Shown piece by piece: positions 56,247 to 64,000 of a DNA stretch of 64,000 nucleotides (positions are counted from its first letter, which is position 1; every line of letters starts with the position of its first letter). The notes beneath the pieces were generated by a model, which saw only the letters and a list, made by a program, of their open reading frames with translations, did not search any database and had not been told where the DNA came from. Location of the stretch: assembly GCA_963663475.2 (NCBI GenBank), contig CAXXJV010000001.1:2560001-2624000 (forward strand), in the 5' to 3' direction. The position numbers and the translations under genes were made by a program. Origin of the DNA: Candidatus Cloacimonadales bacterium (GTDB lineage: Bacteria > Cloacimonadota > Cloacimonadia > Cloacimonadales > JAFGVF01).

Positions 56247-57034
56247 TATTTATCGCTCCTACCAGGTTTAGTTAAAGGGATAGCTTGCTTACAAAGAGGA
56301 CATTCTTCAGGATCCCAGCTCTTAGCATCAACAGTCAGCATTGCTTCTACTGGTACACCAAAATCAATAGTCCCATTAGACCTATCAACTAGCAATCCCA
56401 CACCTATGCACTGCATTCCTTTTTCCTTGAGAAGGTCCATAACTTCAAAGATTGAGCCACCAGTAGTAGTAACATCTTCTATGATAAGAGCCTTCATTCC
56501 AGCTTTTACATCAAAACCTGAACGGAAGGTCATTTTTCCCTCATTACGTTGGGAGAAGGCGAAAGGTTTCTTGAGATATTTTGCAACTTCAAAACCTAAG
56601 ACAATAGCACCATAAGCAGGTCCTATCACAATATCCACATCTTCATCTGCAAATCGTTCTGCTAAGGCTTTACAAATTGTAGAACACTTTTCTGGATCTT
56701 GGATTATTTTTATCTTTTCAAAATACTGGTTACTATGCTTTCCTGAGGTTAGAAGAAAGTGTCCATCAAGCTTTGCACCTGCTTCTGTTAGCATCCTATC
56801 AGTGATATAAGCATCTCCAATATCTTCAATAAATTCTTCTGCACCTTCATATTCTTCTTGAGGGACTTGCAGTTCAATCATCATATAGTCATTACCAGCA
56901 ATGCCAGGTAAGTTGGAAGCTGTGTATTCATTAAGTAGATTAACAGTAAAATCATTCTCTTCTAATAGTTCTTTAACTAGTTCAGCTTCAAACAAACTGG
57001 AAAAACTTTTTAAAGTCTTGAAATTGTTACTCAT
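56246..57034 (-). CDS. pyrE: Orotate phosphoribosyltransferase with N-terminal DUF2007-like domain
   Basis: GHFLLTSGKHSNQYFEK, IIEDVTTTGGS, ECPLCK...KPGR; extra ~75 aa EAELVKELLEENDF...ELQVPQEEYEGAEEFI. Confidence 0.9.
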   Translation of the reverse strand: MSNNFKTLKSFSSLFEAELVKELLEENDFTVNLLNEYTASNLPGIAGNDYMMIELQVPQEEYEGAEEFIEDIGDAYITDRMLTEAGAKLDGHFLLTSGKHSNQYFEKIKIIQDPEKCSTICKALAERFADEDVDIVIGPAYGAIVLGFEVAKYLKKPFAFSQRNEGKMTFRSGFDVKAGMKALIIEDVTTTGGSIFEVMDLLKEKGMQCIGVGLLVDRSNGTIDFGVPVEAMLTVDAKSWDPEECPLCKQAIPLTKPGRSDK

Positions 57035-57130
57035 CTTTCCTCCAAATCTCTTTTTAAAATTCTTATTTATCTAAAAATATGGGGACTAATCAAAGTCCCC
57101 ACTCTCTTCTTATATTATATACATTTATTA

Positions 57131-58330
57131 CTATTTTGCAAGTTTCTTATACTCTGCAAGTCCACTTTTAAAAATAGCCATTGCTTTTCTAAGATCAGCT
57201 TCATTTAAGATATAGGCAAATCTAACTTCATTTAATCCCATATTTGGGGTTGCATAGAAACCTGTAGCAGGAGCAAACATAACTGTTTCATTATCAACAC
57301 TATATTCTTCAAGCATCCATTGAGTGAAGTCTTCAGCATTTTCAATAGGAAGCTTGGCTACAATATAGAAAGCTCCTTCTGGCTTAATACAAACCACACC
57401 ATCAATAGTTTGGAGTTCATTGAAGACAATATCTCTTCTCTTGCAATACTCGTCTTTTATATCATTTATATATTTTTCATCTAAATAGACACATGCTTCT
57501 CCAGCTTTCTGATCAATAGTTGGAGGACATAATCTAGCTTGAGCAAGCTTCAAGACAGCAGTCATTAATTCCTTATTTTTAGAAACAATACAACCAATTC
57601 TAGCTCCACAAGCACTGTATCTCTTAGAAATAGAATCAACAATAATTGCATGTTCTTCTATTCCTTCTACTTCCATGATACTAGTTGATTTTAATCCATC
57701 ATAAACAAATTCACGGTAAACTTCATCTGAAATAACAAATAAATTATGCTTTTTAGCTATATCTGCAACCATCTCTATAGTTTCACGTGAGTAAACTTTC
57801 CCAGTAGGATTACCAGGATTACATATCATAAAGGCCTTTGTCTTAGCAGTGATTAACTTTTCAATTTCCTCTCTACTTGGTAAAGCAAAACCAGTCTCTG
57901 CATAGGTTGTGATAGGATTAAGTTTGACACCTGCTATTGATGCAAAACCATTATAATTTGTATAGAATGGCTCTGGTACTAGTATTTCATCTCCAGGATT
58001 ACAGGTAGCTAACATAGCAAAAATAATTGCCTCTGAACCAGCAGTTGTAACAATTACATCATCTACACTAATATTAATATTATTCTTACCATAGTAACTT
58101 ACTAATGCCTTACGGTAAGAAGCTAAACCTTGAGAAGGTCCATAACTTAAAATCTTATCACTAAAATTGTGAAAAACATCCATCATCTCTTTAGGAGTCT
58201 CAATATCAGGTTGCCCGATATTTAAATGATAAATCTTGATTCCTCTGGCTTTTGCTGCATCGGAATAAGGCAAGAACTTCCTGATTGGAGAAGCTTGCAT
58301 AGAATCAACACGATGTGAAATATTCATCAT
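57131..58330 (-). CDS. PLP-dependent class I/II aminotransferase (aspartate aminotransferase-like)
   Basis: LNIGQPD, CNPGNPTG, SDEVYREF, SISKRYSACGARIG (PLP Lys). Confidence 0.92.
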   Translation of the reverse strand: MMNISHRVDSMQASPIRKFLPYSDAAKARGIKIYHLNIGQPDIETPKEMMDVFHNFSDKILSYGPSQGLASYRKALVSYYGKNNINISVDDVIVTTAGSEAIIFAMLATCNPGDEILVPEPFYTNYNGFASIAGVKLNPITTYAETGFALPSREEIEKLITAKTKAFMICNPGNPTGKVYSRETIEMVADIAKKHNLFVISDEVYREFVYDGLKSTSIMEVEGIEEHAIIVDSISKRYSACGARIGCIVSKNKELMTAVLKLAQARLCPPTIDQKAGEACVYLDEKYINDIKDEYCKRRDIVFNELQTIDGVVCIKPEGAFYIVAKLPIENAEDFTQWMLEEYSVDNETVMFAPATGFYATPNMGLNEVRFAYILNEADLRKAMAIFKSGLAEYKKLAK

Positions 58331-58419
58331 TCACCTCTATAATATTATTTTTAGGTCATGAAATTTATCTCGATAAATATGGCAAGAAAAATCGCTAGTA
58401 TTTATTTGCCTTAAGCCCA

Positions 58420-58506
58420 AAGAGTGACGGGAGTTGCTCACGGAGTAGCGACTTCCGACAATCTTCACCCGAAGTCCCTTGCCTAGAGTTGATGAAGTCT
58501 GATCTA
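58420..58506. repeat. Palindromic repeat family B
   Basis: Near-identical to 18428-18513. Confidence 0.85.
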
Positions 58507-58628
58507 CTTGAAAGATTTCAAGTGCCTCTATAATATTTAAGAGGACATTTTTGCTAATTTGGTCCACTTTTTAAAAAAAAGATTAAAAAAAATGAAAATT
58601 ACTCTCATTTGGCTATATTTTCAGTAAT

Positions 58629-58707
58629 CATCCATAATCCATCCTTTACAGTCTTTCGATGAAAGTCCCACTTTCATCGAAAGACTGTAAAGGAAGGGTA
58701 TAGGATG
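58629..58707. repeat. Palindrome family D, copy 2
   Basis: TCCTTTACAGTCTTTCGATGAAAG-tccca-CTTTCATCGAAAGACTGTAAAGGA. Confidence 0.9.
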
Positions 58708-58804
58708 GTATAAGCTAATTAACCCAGGTGCTGCTGAAGGATTTTAGCCAAGATTGCGGATTTTTCTAGGAAAATAAGTTGCTGGATTTGAGGGTAAATA
58801 ATCT

Positions 58805-58965
58805 TCTACTTGATATAGTAGAAAGAATTCTTATAGAAAATAATAAGAATTTTATGAGCATCTCAAATTTAATGGTTTATAAATTATATGAACTGACATA
58901 CGGAGAAGTTTCAATAATGGAACTAAAATCATGATTTGCAAAGAAAAATATAATAATCTTAACCT
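58805..58965 (+). pseudogene. Remnant of the C-terminus of a type IIG/Eco57I-like RM methyltransferase
   Basis: 58872-58934 reads MVYKLYELTYGEVSIMELKS, resembling the 'D.MVY.LY.LT.EEI.I.E' tail of these enzymes; upstream sequence is frameshifted. Confidence 0.5.
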
Positions 58966-59121
58966 TGAGAAGATATCAAAAATGACTGAGAATATATAAA
59001 TCTTAAATCCCCAAAAGGGATAAATAATTTAGCCCAGGGTAAAAGCCTGAAAGGCTTGCAACCCTGGGTAAGATGGTTTCCATCTTAGAAATTCCCTGTA
59101 AGGGATGCATAAATAATTTAT

Positions 59122-59150
59122 TTGACAAATAATGATTATTGAATTAATAT
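59122..59150 (+). promoter_or_regulatory. Sigma70-type promoter of tnpA inside a TTTGACAA...TTGTCAAA inverted repeat
   Basis: TTGACA-17 nt-TAATAT. Confidence 0.6.
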
Positions 59151-59179
59151 TGTCAAATTAATATAAGGTGGTAATATCA

Positions 59180-59635
59180 ATGGCACAGTCAGTATCTCAA
59201 ATTTATATGCATCTTGTCTTTTCTACCAAGAATAGAGTACCTTTTTTCAAAAATTCTGATATTCGTGAACAATTATATTCATATATTGCCAAAATAATCT
59301 ACGAAAATGATTCATATCCGATTTGTATTGGTGGGTATGAAGATCATATCCATATTTTTTTCAATTTATCAAAGAATATTTGTCTTAAAGATATAATAGG
59401 AGAGATTAAGAGATCTACTTCTAAATGGATAAAGACTAAGGGTGATGAATATTCAAACTTCTACTGGCAAGCTGGTTATGGGGGATTTTCGGTAGGTCAA
59501 CAACAGAAGCAAAAAACAATCAATTATATTAACAAGCAAAACGAACATCATAAAATAATCTCATTCCAAGAAGAACTCAGAATGTTCATGACGAAAAACA
59601 AAATGGAAATCGATGAACGTTATTTGTGGGATTAA
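59180..59635 (+). CDS. tnpA: IS200/IS605-superfamily Y1 (HUH) transposase
   Basis: HLVFSTKNR, DHIH (HUH), WQAGYGGFSV, YINKQNEHH (catalytic Tyr); AAGGTGG RBS before ATG 59180. Confidence 0.92.
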   Translation: MAQSVSQIYMHLVFSTKNRVPFFKNSDIREQLYSYIAKIIYENDSYPICIGGYEDHIHIFFNLSKNICLKDIIGEIKRSTSKWIKTKGDEYSNFYWQAGYGGFSVGQQQKQKTINYINKQNEHHKIISFQEELRMFMTKNKMEIDERYLWD

Positions 59636-60068
59636 TTTATTTAACCCTTTCAGGGTAGAGGCTTTATTTTATGCTGTTGTACCCAGGGTTGCAAGCCTTT
59701 CAGGCTTTTACCCTGGGCTAAATTATTCATCCCCTTTGGGGATATAAGTCATTCTCATCGAGTAATATAGATTATATATCATCAATAATTTTAACAATTT
59801 CATGAGTAGATAAATTATTTAGGTTAAAAGCCTTTATTTCTTTGATTTAAATAATATCTTAATAAACTGCCATTCTATTTTTTCGAATTTTCCCGACAGT
59901 GTCGGTAGAATTTGTTTGTCATAAACTCCTACTCTCCTATTCCCCATGCAAATCATTATAATCAGCCCTCAAATATATCTTAAAATCATCCTTATCATAA
60001 CCAAAATAGTCCAAAAACTTAGAGATAAGTCTTAAGTCTCTTCATTAACGAAATTATTGTTCAAGCCC

Positions 60069-60386
60069 TCACTCCCACTCAATCTCTACTTCATCTTTTT
60101 TATTCTTAAGCTCCCTTTCTGCAATTCTATCTTCTTTCCAGTCTCTAGCATTATGCAAAGCCTCAGCTATTTCTTCCCTATCCTTATCAGTCCATGGCTC
60201 AAATTTAGAATCTATATAAAGCTTTAATAAATCATCTGATAAATTTTCCCAAGTATGAATATCCATACCGATCTCGGAAAGATACTCACCTGACTTATCA
60301 TACACAATAAGCCTTTTCTTTTGACTATCATAATAGAGGGTATTTCCCTGAGTTGCATTCATCTTATCAGCTTCATATTTGTTCAT
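60069..60386 (-). CDS. Hypothetical protein
   Basis: 105-aa ORF with AAAGGAG RBS; no recognisable motif. Confidence 0.6.
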   Translation of the reverse strand: MNKYEADKMNATQGNTLYYDSQKKRLIVYDKSGEYLSEIGMDIHTWENLSDDLLKLYIDSKFEPWTDKDREEIAEALHNARDWKEDRIAERELKNKKDEVEIEWE

Positions 60387-60550
60387 GCTAGCTCCTTTGA
60401 TTTAAACCCAATAATCAGTAGTACCATTCGGGTTATACAAATATCTTCAAATCTAAGTTAACAGAAAAATCACAAAGAATAGTATTCTCTTTGTAGGGAA
60501 AGGCATCAGTAATATTATATTAAAAAAACTTTTAAAAAAATGGATTTTCT

Positions 60551-61261
60551 TTATTTCTTTAAATGAGTATTAAGCTCAGTAACTAACATATCAACTGATG
60601 TCGAGGGATTATTATTATAATATTGTTTGTCAGAACAGATATTTCTTAGTTTTACAGAATTTTGTATAGCAAATTCTTGTCCTTTGCTGTGGTTAGATTC
60701 TTGACCAAGCAAAATCAGATCATTATAAATATTTTTATCATTTTTGATATATTTTTTCCCTAATTTTTGGGAAAGCATCTTTCCAAATTCTGATCTATCA
60801 TAGGCTCGATCAACATAATTAAAATGTAATAAATACCATAGCTCGAAAGCTTGATTACTATATGCAATTTTTAGTTTAATTTTAGTATTTCTAATTCTTT
60901 TTCTTTTGAGGTAATTATTTAATTTATTCTCAATGCTATCAAGTTTCATAAAGCAAGCATTGTAATTGTCTTGAGGAAAATCATCTCTATCCATTACAAT
61001 CCAAATACTTTCATAGATTTCATCTTTATCAAAATGATATTTCCATTTGGTCAAAGCATCATCTAACAAAGTTAATGTATTCTTACCAACTCCTTCAATG
61101 AGAATTTTTACAGAAGCATTTATAGGAAAAGACTTAAAATAGCTTGACTCAGTTTGTCCTTCACAAATAATCATCATACTATCAATCATCTCTTTATTCT
61201 TTCTATTAGAATCTCTTGTAATTTTCTTTTTCTTCTTATGAAAAAAATCATCACTTCCCAT
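60551..61261 (-). CDS. rloB: RloB family (TOPRIM-like) protein, AbiLii-like
   Basis: IICEGQTESSYF, WIVMDRDDF, AYSNQAFELWYLLHF, NPSTSVDMLV. Confidence 0.9.
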   Translation of the reverse strand: MGSDDFFHKKKKKITRDSNRKNKEMIDSMMIICEGQTESSYFKSFPINASVKILIEGVGKNTLTLLDDALTKWKYHFDKDEIYESIWIVMDRDDFPQDNYNACFMKLDSIENKLNNYLKRKRIRNTKIKLKIAYSNQAFELWYLLHFNYVDRAYDRSEFGKMLSQKLGKKYIKNDKNIYNDLILLGQESNHSKGQEFAIQNSVKLRNICSDKQYYNNNPSTSVDMLVTELNTHLKK

Positions 61262-62538
61262 TACTCATCCTCCTCGAATAGCGAATTAATATCTGAGATA
61301 TAAGGAATAGCCCCTAGTTTTCCCAATAAATAATCTTTGCTATAAGTAGCATCTTTTCTATAATGTTGAAAATCACTTAAGGAATAGATTGATGAAATTC
61401 CAGATAATGACTTTTCTGTAAAATAGATTTGGTCTCTTCTAAGAATATCCTTATCAAGCAATATCGTATTGTGAGCAGTAGCAATTAGCTGAGCGCAATT
61501 TTTATTGAATGAGGAGTTAAAGAGCTTAATAATAAAAAGTAATAACAGAGGATGCATTTTAGAATCTAATTCATCAATTATTACAATTTCTGACTTGTCC
61601 AAAGCTTCTAGAAGTGGTCCGATGATAGCAAAAAAACGCTTAGTACCTTCAGACTCGTCTTTATAAAAATCAAATTCCACTGTATTTTTTGTCATAATCT
61701 GATTTTCATAAACTTTATGAATAGATTTAAGTTTCTTGATTTTTCTTCTTGTTTTTGCAGAATCATTTTGTGCCTGATTATATAAAAAATCTTCGTCAAG
61801 AACTAAGAAATCTTCAATACCTAAATCTACAACTTTAAGCATATTAAGAATCATTTTCTTTAATCTAGGATTCTCACTTACTGTTTGAGTAACAGTCCAT
61901 AAATTCATATCTCTTATGAAGGTGATATTATTAATTTTTTGAAAAAATCCTTTTACCATTGAGGTAATGTCGTCTTCCTCTCCTTTGATATCTGTCATTA
62001 CTTTTAAAAACATCAATTCTTGATTGATTTTCCCTAAAGTCTTATACACTTTTTTAGCTTCTTTATATTTTGAACCAATCTCAAAGTCATTACCTTTGCG
62101 AATAAACAACATGGATTCTTGAGCAGTAAATCTTCCAAAAAGCCACTCACTTTCAACTACTTCTTTTTTGATCTGAAATCCATATCTAAATTCAAGATAA
62201 TCTAAACTTGATAAAGATGACTTATTTTCTACTAAAAAAACAATTTCAAAAGATGAGGGTTCAGCATCGCAAGCAGAATCTAACTTGAAATTACTTACAA
62301 GCTCATGAGAAGAAGCATCAAGAATCTTACTCTTCATAAAATGTAATGCTTTAAGAAAATTGCTCTTTCCGCTTGCATTAGCTCCAAAGATAATTGCACT
62401 TTTAATGAACTTTTGCTTGTTAGCATCAAATAATGCATCCTTATTCTCTTCAGATGATTTTCTTGAAGAAGCTAACATACTAAAAGTAATTTTGTCTTTA
62501 AAGGAAAGATAGTTTTCAACACTGAATTCAATCAACAT
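61261..62538 (-). CDS. AAA_21/ABC-type ATPase (RloA / AbiLi-like)
   Basis: MLIEFSVENYLSF, FGANASGKSN, ESEGTKRF, IIDELDSKMHP, QLIATAH, LRRDQIYFTEK, YLLGKLGAIP. Confidence 0.9.
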   Translation of the reverse strand: MLIEFSVENYLSFKDKITFSMLASSRKSSEENKDALFDANKQKFIKSAIIFGANASGKSNFLKALHFMKSKILDASSHELVSNFKLDSACDAEPSSFEIVFLVENKSSLSSLDYLEFRYGFQIKKEVVESEWLFGRFTAQESMLFIRKGNDFEIGSKYKEAKKVYKTLGKINQELMFLKVMTDIKGEEDDITSMVKGFFQKINNITFIRDMNLWTVTQTVSENPRLKKMILNMLKVVDLGIEDFLVLDEDFLYNQAQNDSAKTRRKIKKLKSIHKVYENQIMTKNTVEFDFYKDESEGTKRFFAIIGPLLEALDKSEIVIIDELDSKMHPLLLLFIIKLFNSSFNKNCAQLIATAHNTILLDKDILRRDQIYFTEKSLSGISSIYSLSDFQHYRKDATYSKDYLLGKLGAIPYISDINSLFEEDE

Positions 62539-62642
62539 AGTTACTCCTTTTAATTTATTCAAATATTTATCATCTTGAATAAAATGTCAAGGTTTTTGTG
62601 ATATTTTCACAAAATGGATTTAAATAATGATTATTTTGTTAA

Positions 62643-62688
62643 AAGAATCTGCACTCTTCCCTAAAGCTCTACTGCACCATTCGGGTTT
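62643..62688. repeat. MITE family C, isolated end (inverted)
   Basis: GAATCTGCACTCTTCCCTAAAGCTCTACTGCACCATTCGGGTT is the reverse complement of the family C left end. Confidence 0.75.
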
Positions 62689-62732
62689 AAATTGAATGCA
62701 TGTCTTTTTTATCTGACAATCACCTCTTCACT

Positions 62733-62870
62733 GAGAATGCGGATGACCACATCCGCTTCCAAGCGATAGCTTGGAAATTCTTAAAAATCCCAGAGGGATG
62801 AAAATATATTAGACAGTGCTCAAAGACACTGTTACAGATACTAAAGAAATCTCAGCCCTAGAGGGGCGAC
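62733..62870. repeat. Cluster of short hairpins with tnpA-end-like architecture
   Basis: CGGATG/CATCCG, TTCCAAGC/GCTTGGAA, ATCCC-aga-GGGAT, ACAGTG/CACTGT, GCCCT-aga-GGGGC. Confidence 0.6.
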
Positions 62871-62871
62871 A

Positions 62872-63726
62872 CTACTTTAAAGAGTCTAAATCACACTCAA
62901 ATTTTAGAATTTCTCCCCTTACCTTAATGAAGCAAAAACCTCTTTCAATCTCTCCTTCATTGTATTCAATTTCTAGGTATTTTTGCCCGAACTCATCAAA
63001 ATAGTATGATTTTCCCTGTAAGTCTCCATTTTGCATATTTTCTATAGCTTCAATCAGACCATTTTCATCTCTAGTGATTACTTCTTTATGCCAAACATTA
63101 TCTATTTGTTCTGAGCTAGTTTTAAATACACCATTTTCATCAAAGTCTATTGTTCCAGGGTTTAAATGAAAATTTGTATAATTAATGATTGAACTTATAT
63201 TTCCATTTTCATGAAATCTATATATTACCCCTTCTATTTCACCATCTTTATAGTCAGTTTCCATAGCTTTATTTCCATTTTCATAATAGATAACATATCT
63301 ACCATTAAGTTTACCATCTTTATTGTAAGTTTGATTTATATCTTTATATTTCTCAACTGAGCTTTCATCTAGAACACCCTTGTAAAATCTTTGTCTTAGC
63401 ATCAGTGTTCCACTCCTGAAAAATTCAAGATATGGTCCATCTATAAATCCAGAAGAATAATGACTTTGAATATAGATTTTCCCATTATCAAAATACTCTG
63501 TGTAATCTCCATCTAATAAATCCGATTGAAAATTAGCTTCAATATGCAAATTACCATTTTTATGATAAGCTATAAATTGGCCATGCTTTTTACCATTAAT
63601 ATAGTCAACTTTAGTACGAGTATTGCCATTTTTATAAATACCTTCTTTTGTTTTGATTATTTCTTGCTTTTCTTGTACACTTATATCATGCTTATCAGTC
63701 TCTAAAGTATTTATATCTCGAGACAT
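62872..63726 (-). CDS. MORN-variant repeat protein (YwqK-like)
   Basis: Repeats such as YHKNGNLHIEANF, YFDNGKIYIQSHY, YYENGNKAMETDYKDGEIEG. Confidence 0.85.
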   Translation of the reverse strand: MSRDINTLETDKHDISVQEKQEIIKTKEGIYKNGNTRTKVDYINGKKHGQFIAYHKNGNLHIEANFQSDLLDGDYTEYFDNGKIYIQSHYSSGFIDGPYLEFFRSGTLMLRQRFYKGVLDESSVEKYKDINQTYNKDGKLNGRYVIYYENGNKAMETDYKDGEIEGVIYRFHENGNISSIINYTNFHLNPGTIDFDENGVFKTSSEQIDNVWHKEVITRDENGLIEAIENMQNGDLQGKSYYFDEFGQKYLEIEYNEGEIERGFCFIKVRGEILKFECDLDSLK

Positions 63727-63765
63727 TTAAAAACCTCCTAATTATTAATTAAAACCTTTAGTTAG

Positions 63766-64000
63766 TTATATCTTAATCATCTTATCAATATAATCTTCAT
63801 CATCATACATAAAGAAGACATTATGTTCAACAAAAGCTTCTGATGATGGTAATCCACTATGCCAATGATTTACTTCATTATATTTCGTTGGAGAAATAAT
63901 TGAAGAGTGGAGAGAAACACTTGAGTCATTTAATTGCTTTTCGATATCTTTGATATTTTTCGCTAAAAGTATTTTAGCATCATCAAATCCTCTTGCATGT
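63766..64000 (-). CDS. C-terminal end of a probable type III restriction enzyme Res subunit (partial)
   Basis: Open frame to stop at 63766: HARGFDDAKILLAKNIKDIEKQLNDSSVSLHSSIISPTKY...FMYDDEDYIDKMIKI; resembles Res C-termini ('D.KI....IK.IE..L.D..V.L.SFIIS.T'). Confidence 0.5.
   Translation of the reverse strand, partial: HARGFDDAKILLAKNIKDIEKQLNDSSVSLHSSIISPTKYNEVNHWHSGLPSSEAFVEHNVFFMYDDEDYIDKMIKI

Larger units (their letters stand above)
59007..59743 (+). mobile_element. Y1/HUH transposase element bounded by 64-bp inverted repeats
   Basis: 59007-59070 and 59680-59743 are reverse complements with 2 mismatches, each folding into nested hairpins. Confidence 0.85.

Noticed and set aside
57131-58330. 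LL-diaminopimelate aminotransferase (dapL) call, suggested by dapB/dapF in the window
   Set aside because: Motifs fit a generic class I aminotransferase; nothing DapL-specific can be confirmed by eye
59636-60386. tnpB/IscB or guide-RNA locus downstream of tnpA
   Set aside because: No RuvC/zinc-finger ORF follows tnpA; the right inverted repeat starts within about 45 nt of the stop

Overview
AT-rich bacterial chromosome window, most likely Candidatus Cloacimonadota (inferred from eight secreted proteins ending in a FlgD-Ig/T9SS-type-A-like 'YPNPxxxxTxIxF...YNLKGQxV...SGxYF...K' C-terminal domain). The left part (1-33 kb) is mostly housekeeping and transport: tamB-like, lolD/lolCE, dapF, dapB, DUF1015, CDF, M3 peptidase, satP, exoA/xth, MFS, transglutaminase-like protein, tRNA-Ser(GGA), ABC exporter, a TetR-led protease operon and mgtE. 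The centre (33.3-53.9 kb, between mgtE and rnhB) is the most striking part. It is a duplicated module in which an ECF-type sigma factor with a long C-terminal extension is divergent from a small secreted protein, a giant secreted hydrolase/beta-helix protein and an array of five ~816-aa beta-helix paralogs. The paralogs are segmental mosaics of each other. The block also holds a 5' stub of a sixth copy, a repeat-filled deletion scar and GTAG REP hairpins in the spacers. The right part has rnhB, a PdxA-methyltransferase fusion, a DUF2007-PyrE fusion, an aminotransferase, a Y1/HUH transposase between 64-bp inverted repeats, and a defence-like region (type IIG RM remnant, RloA/RloB AbiL-like pair, MORN-repeat protein, end of a type III Res-like gene). 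Intergenic DNA carries several nested palindromic/MITE families, one derived from the ends of the Y1 transposase. All calls come from reading motifs by eye; no database search was run.
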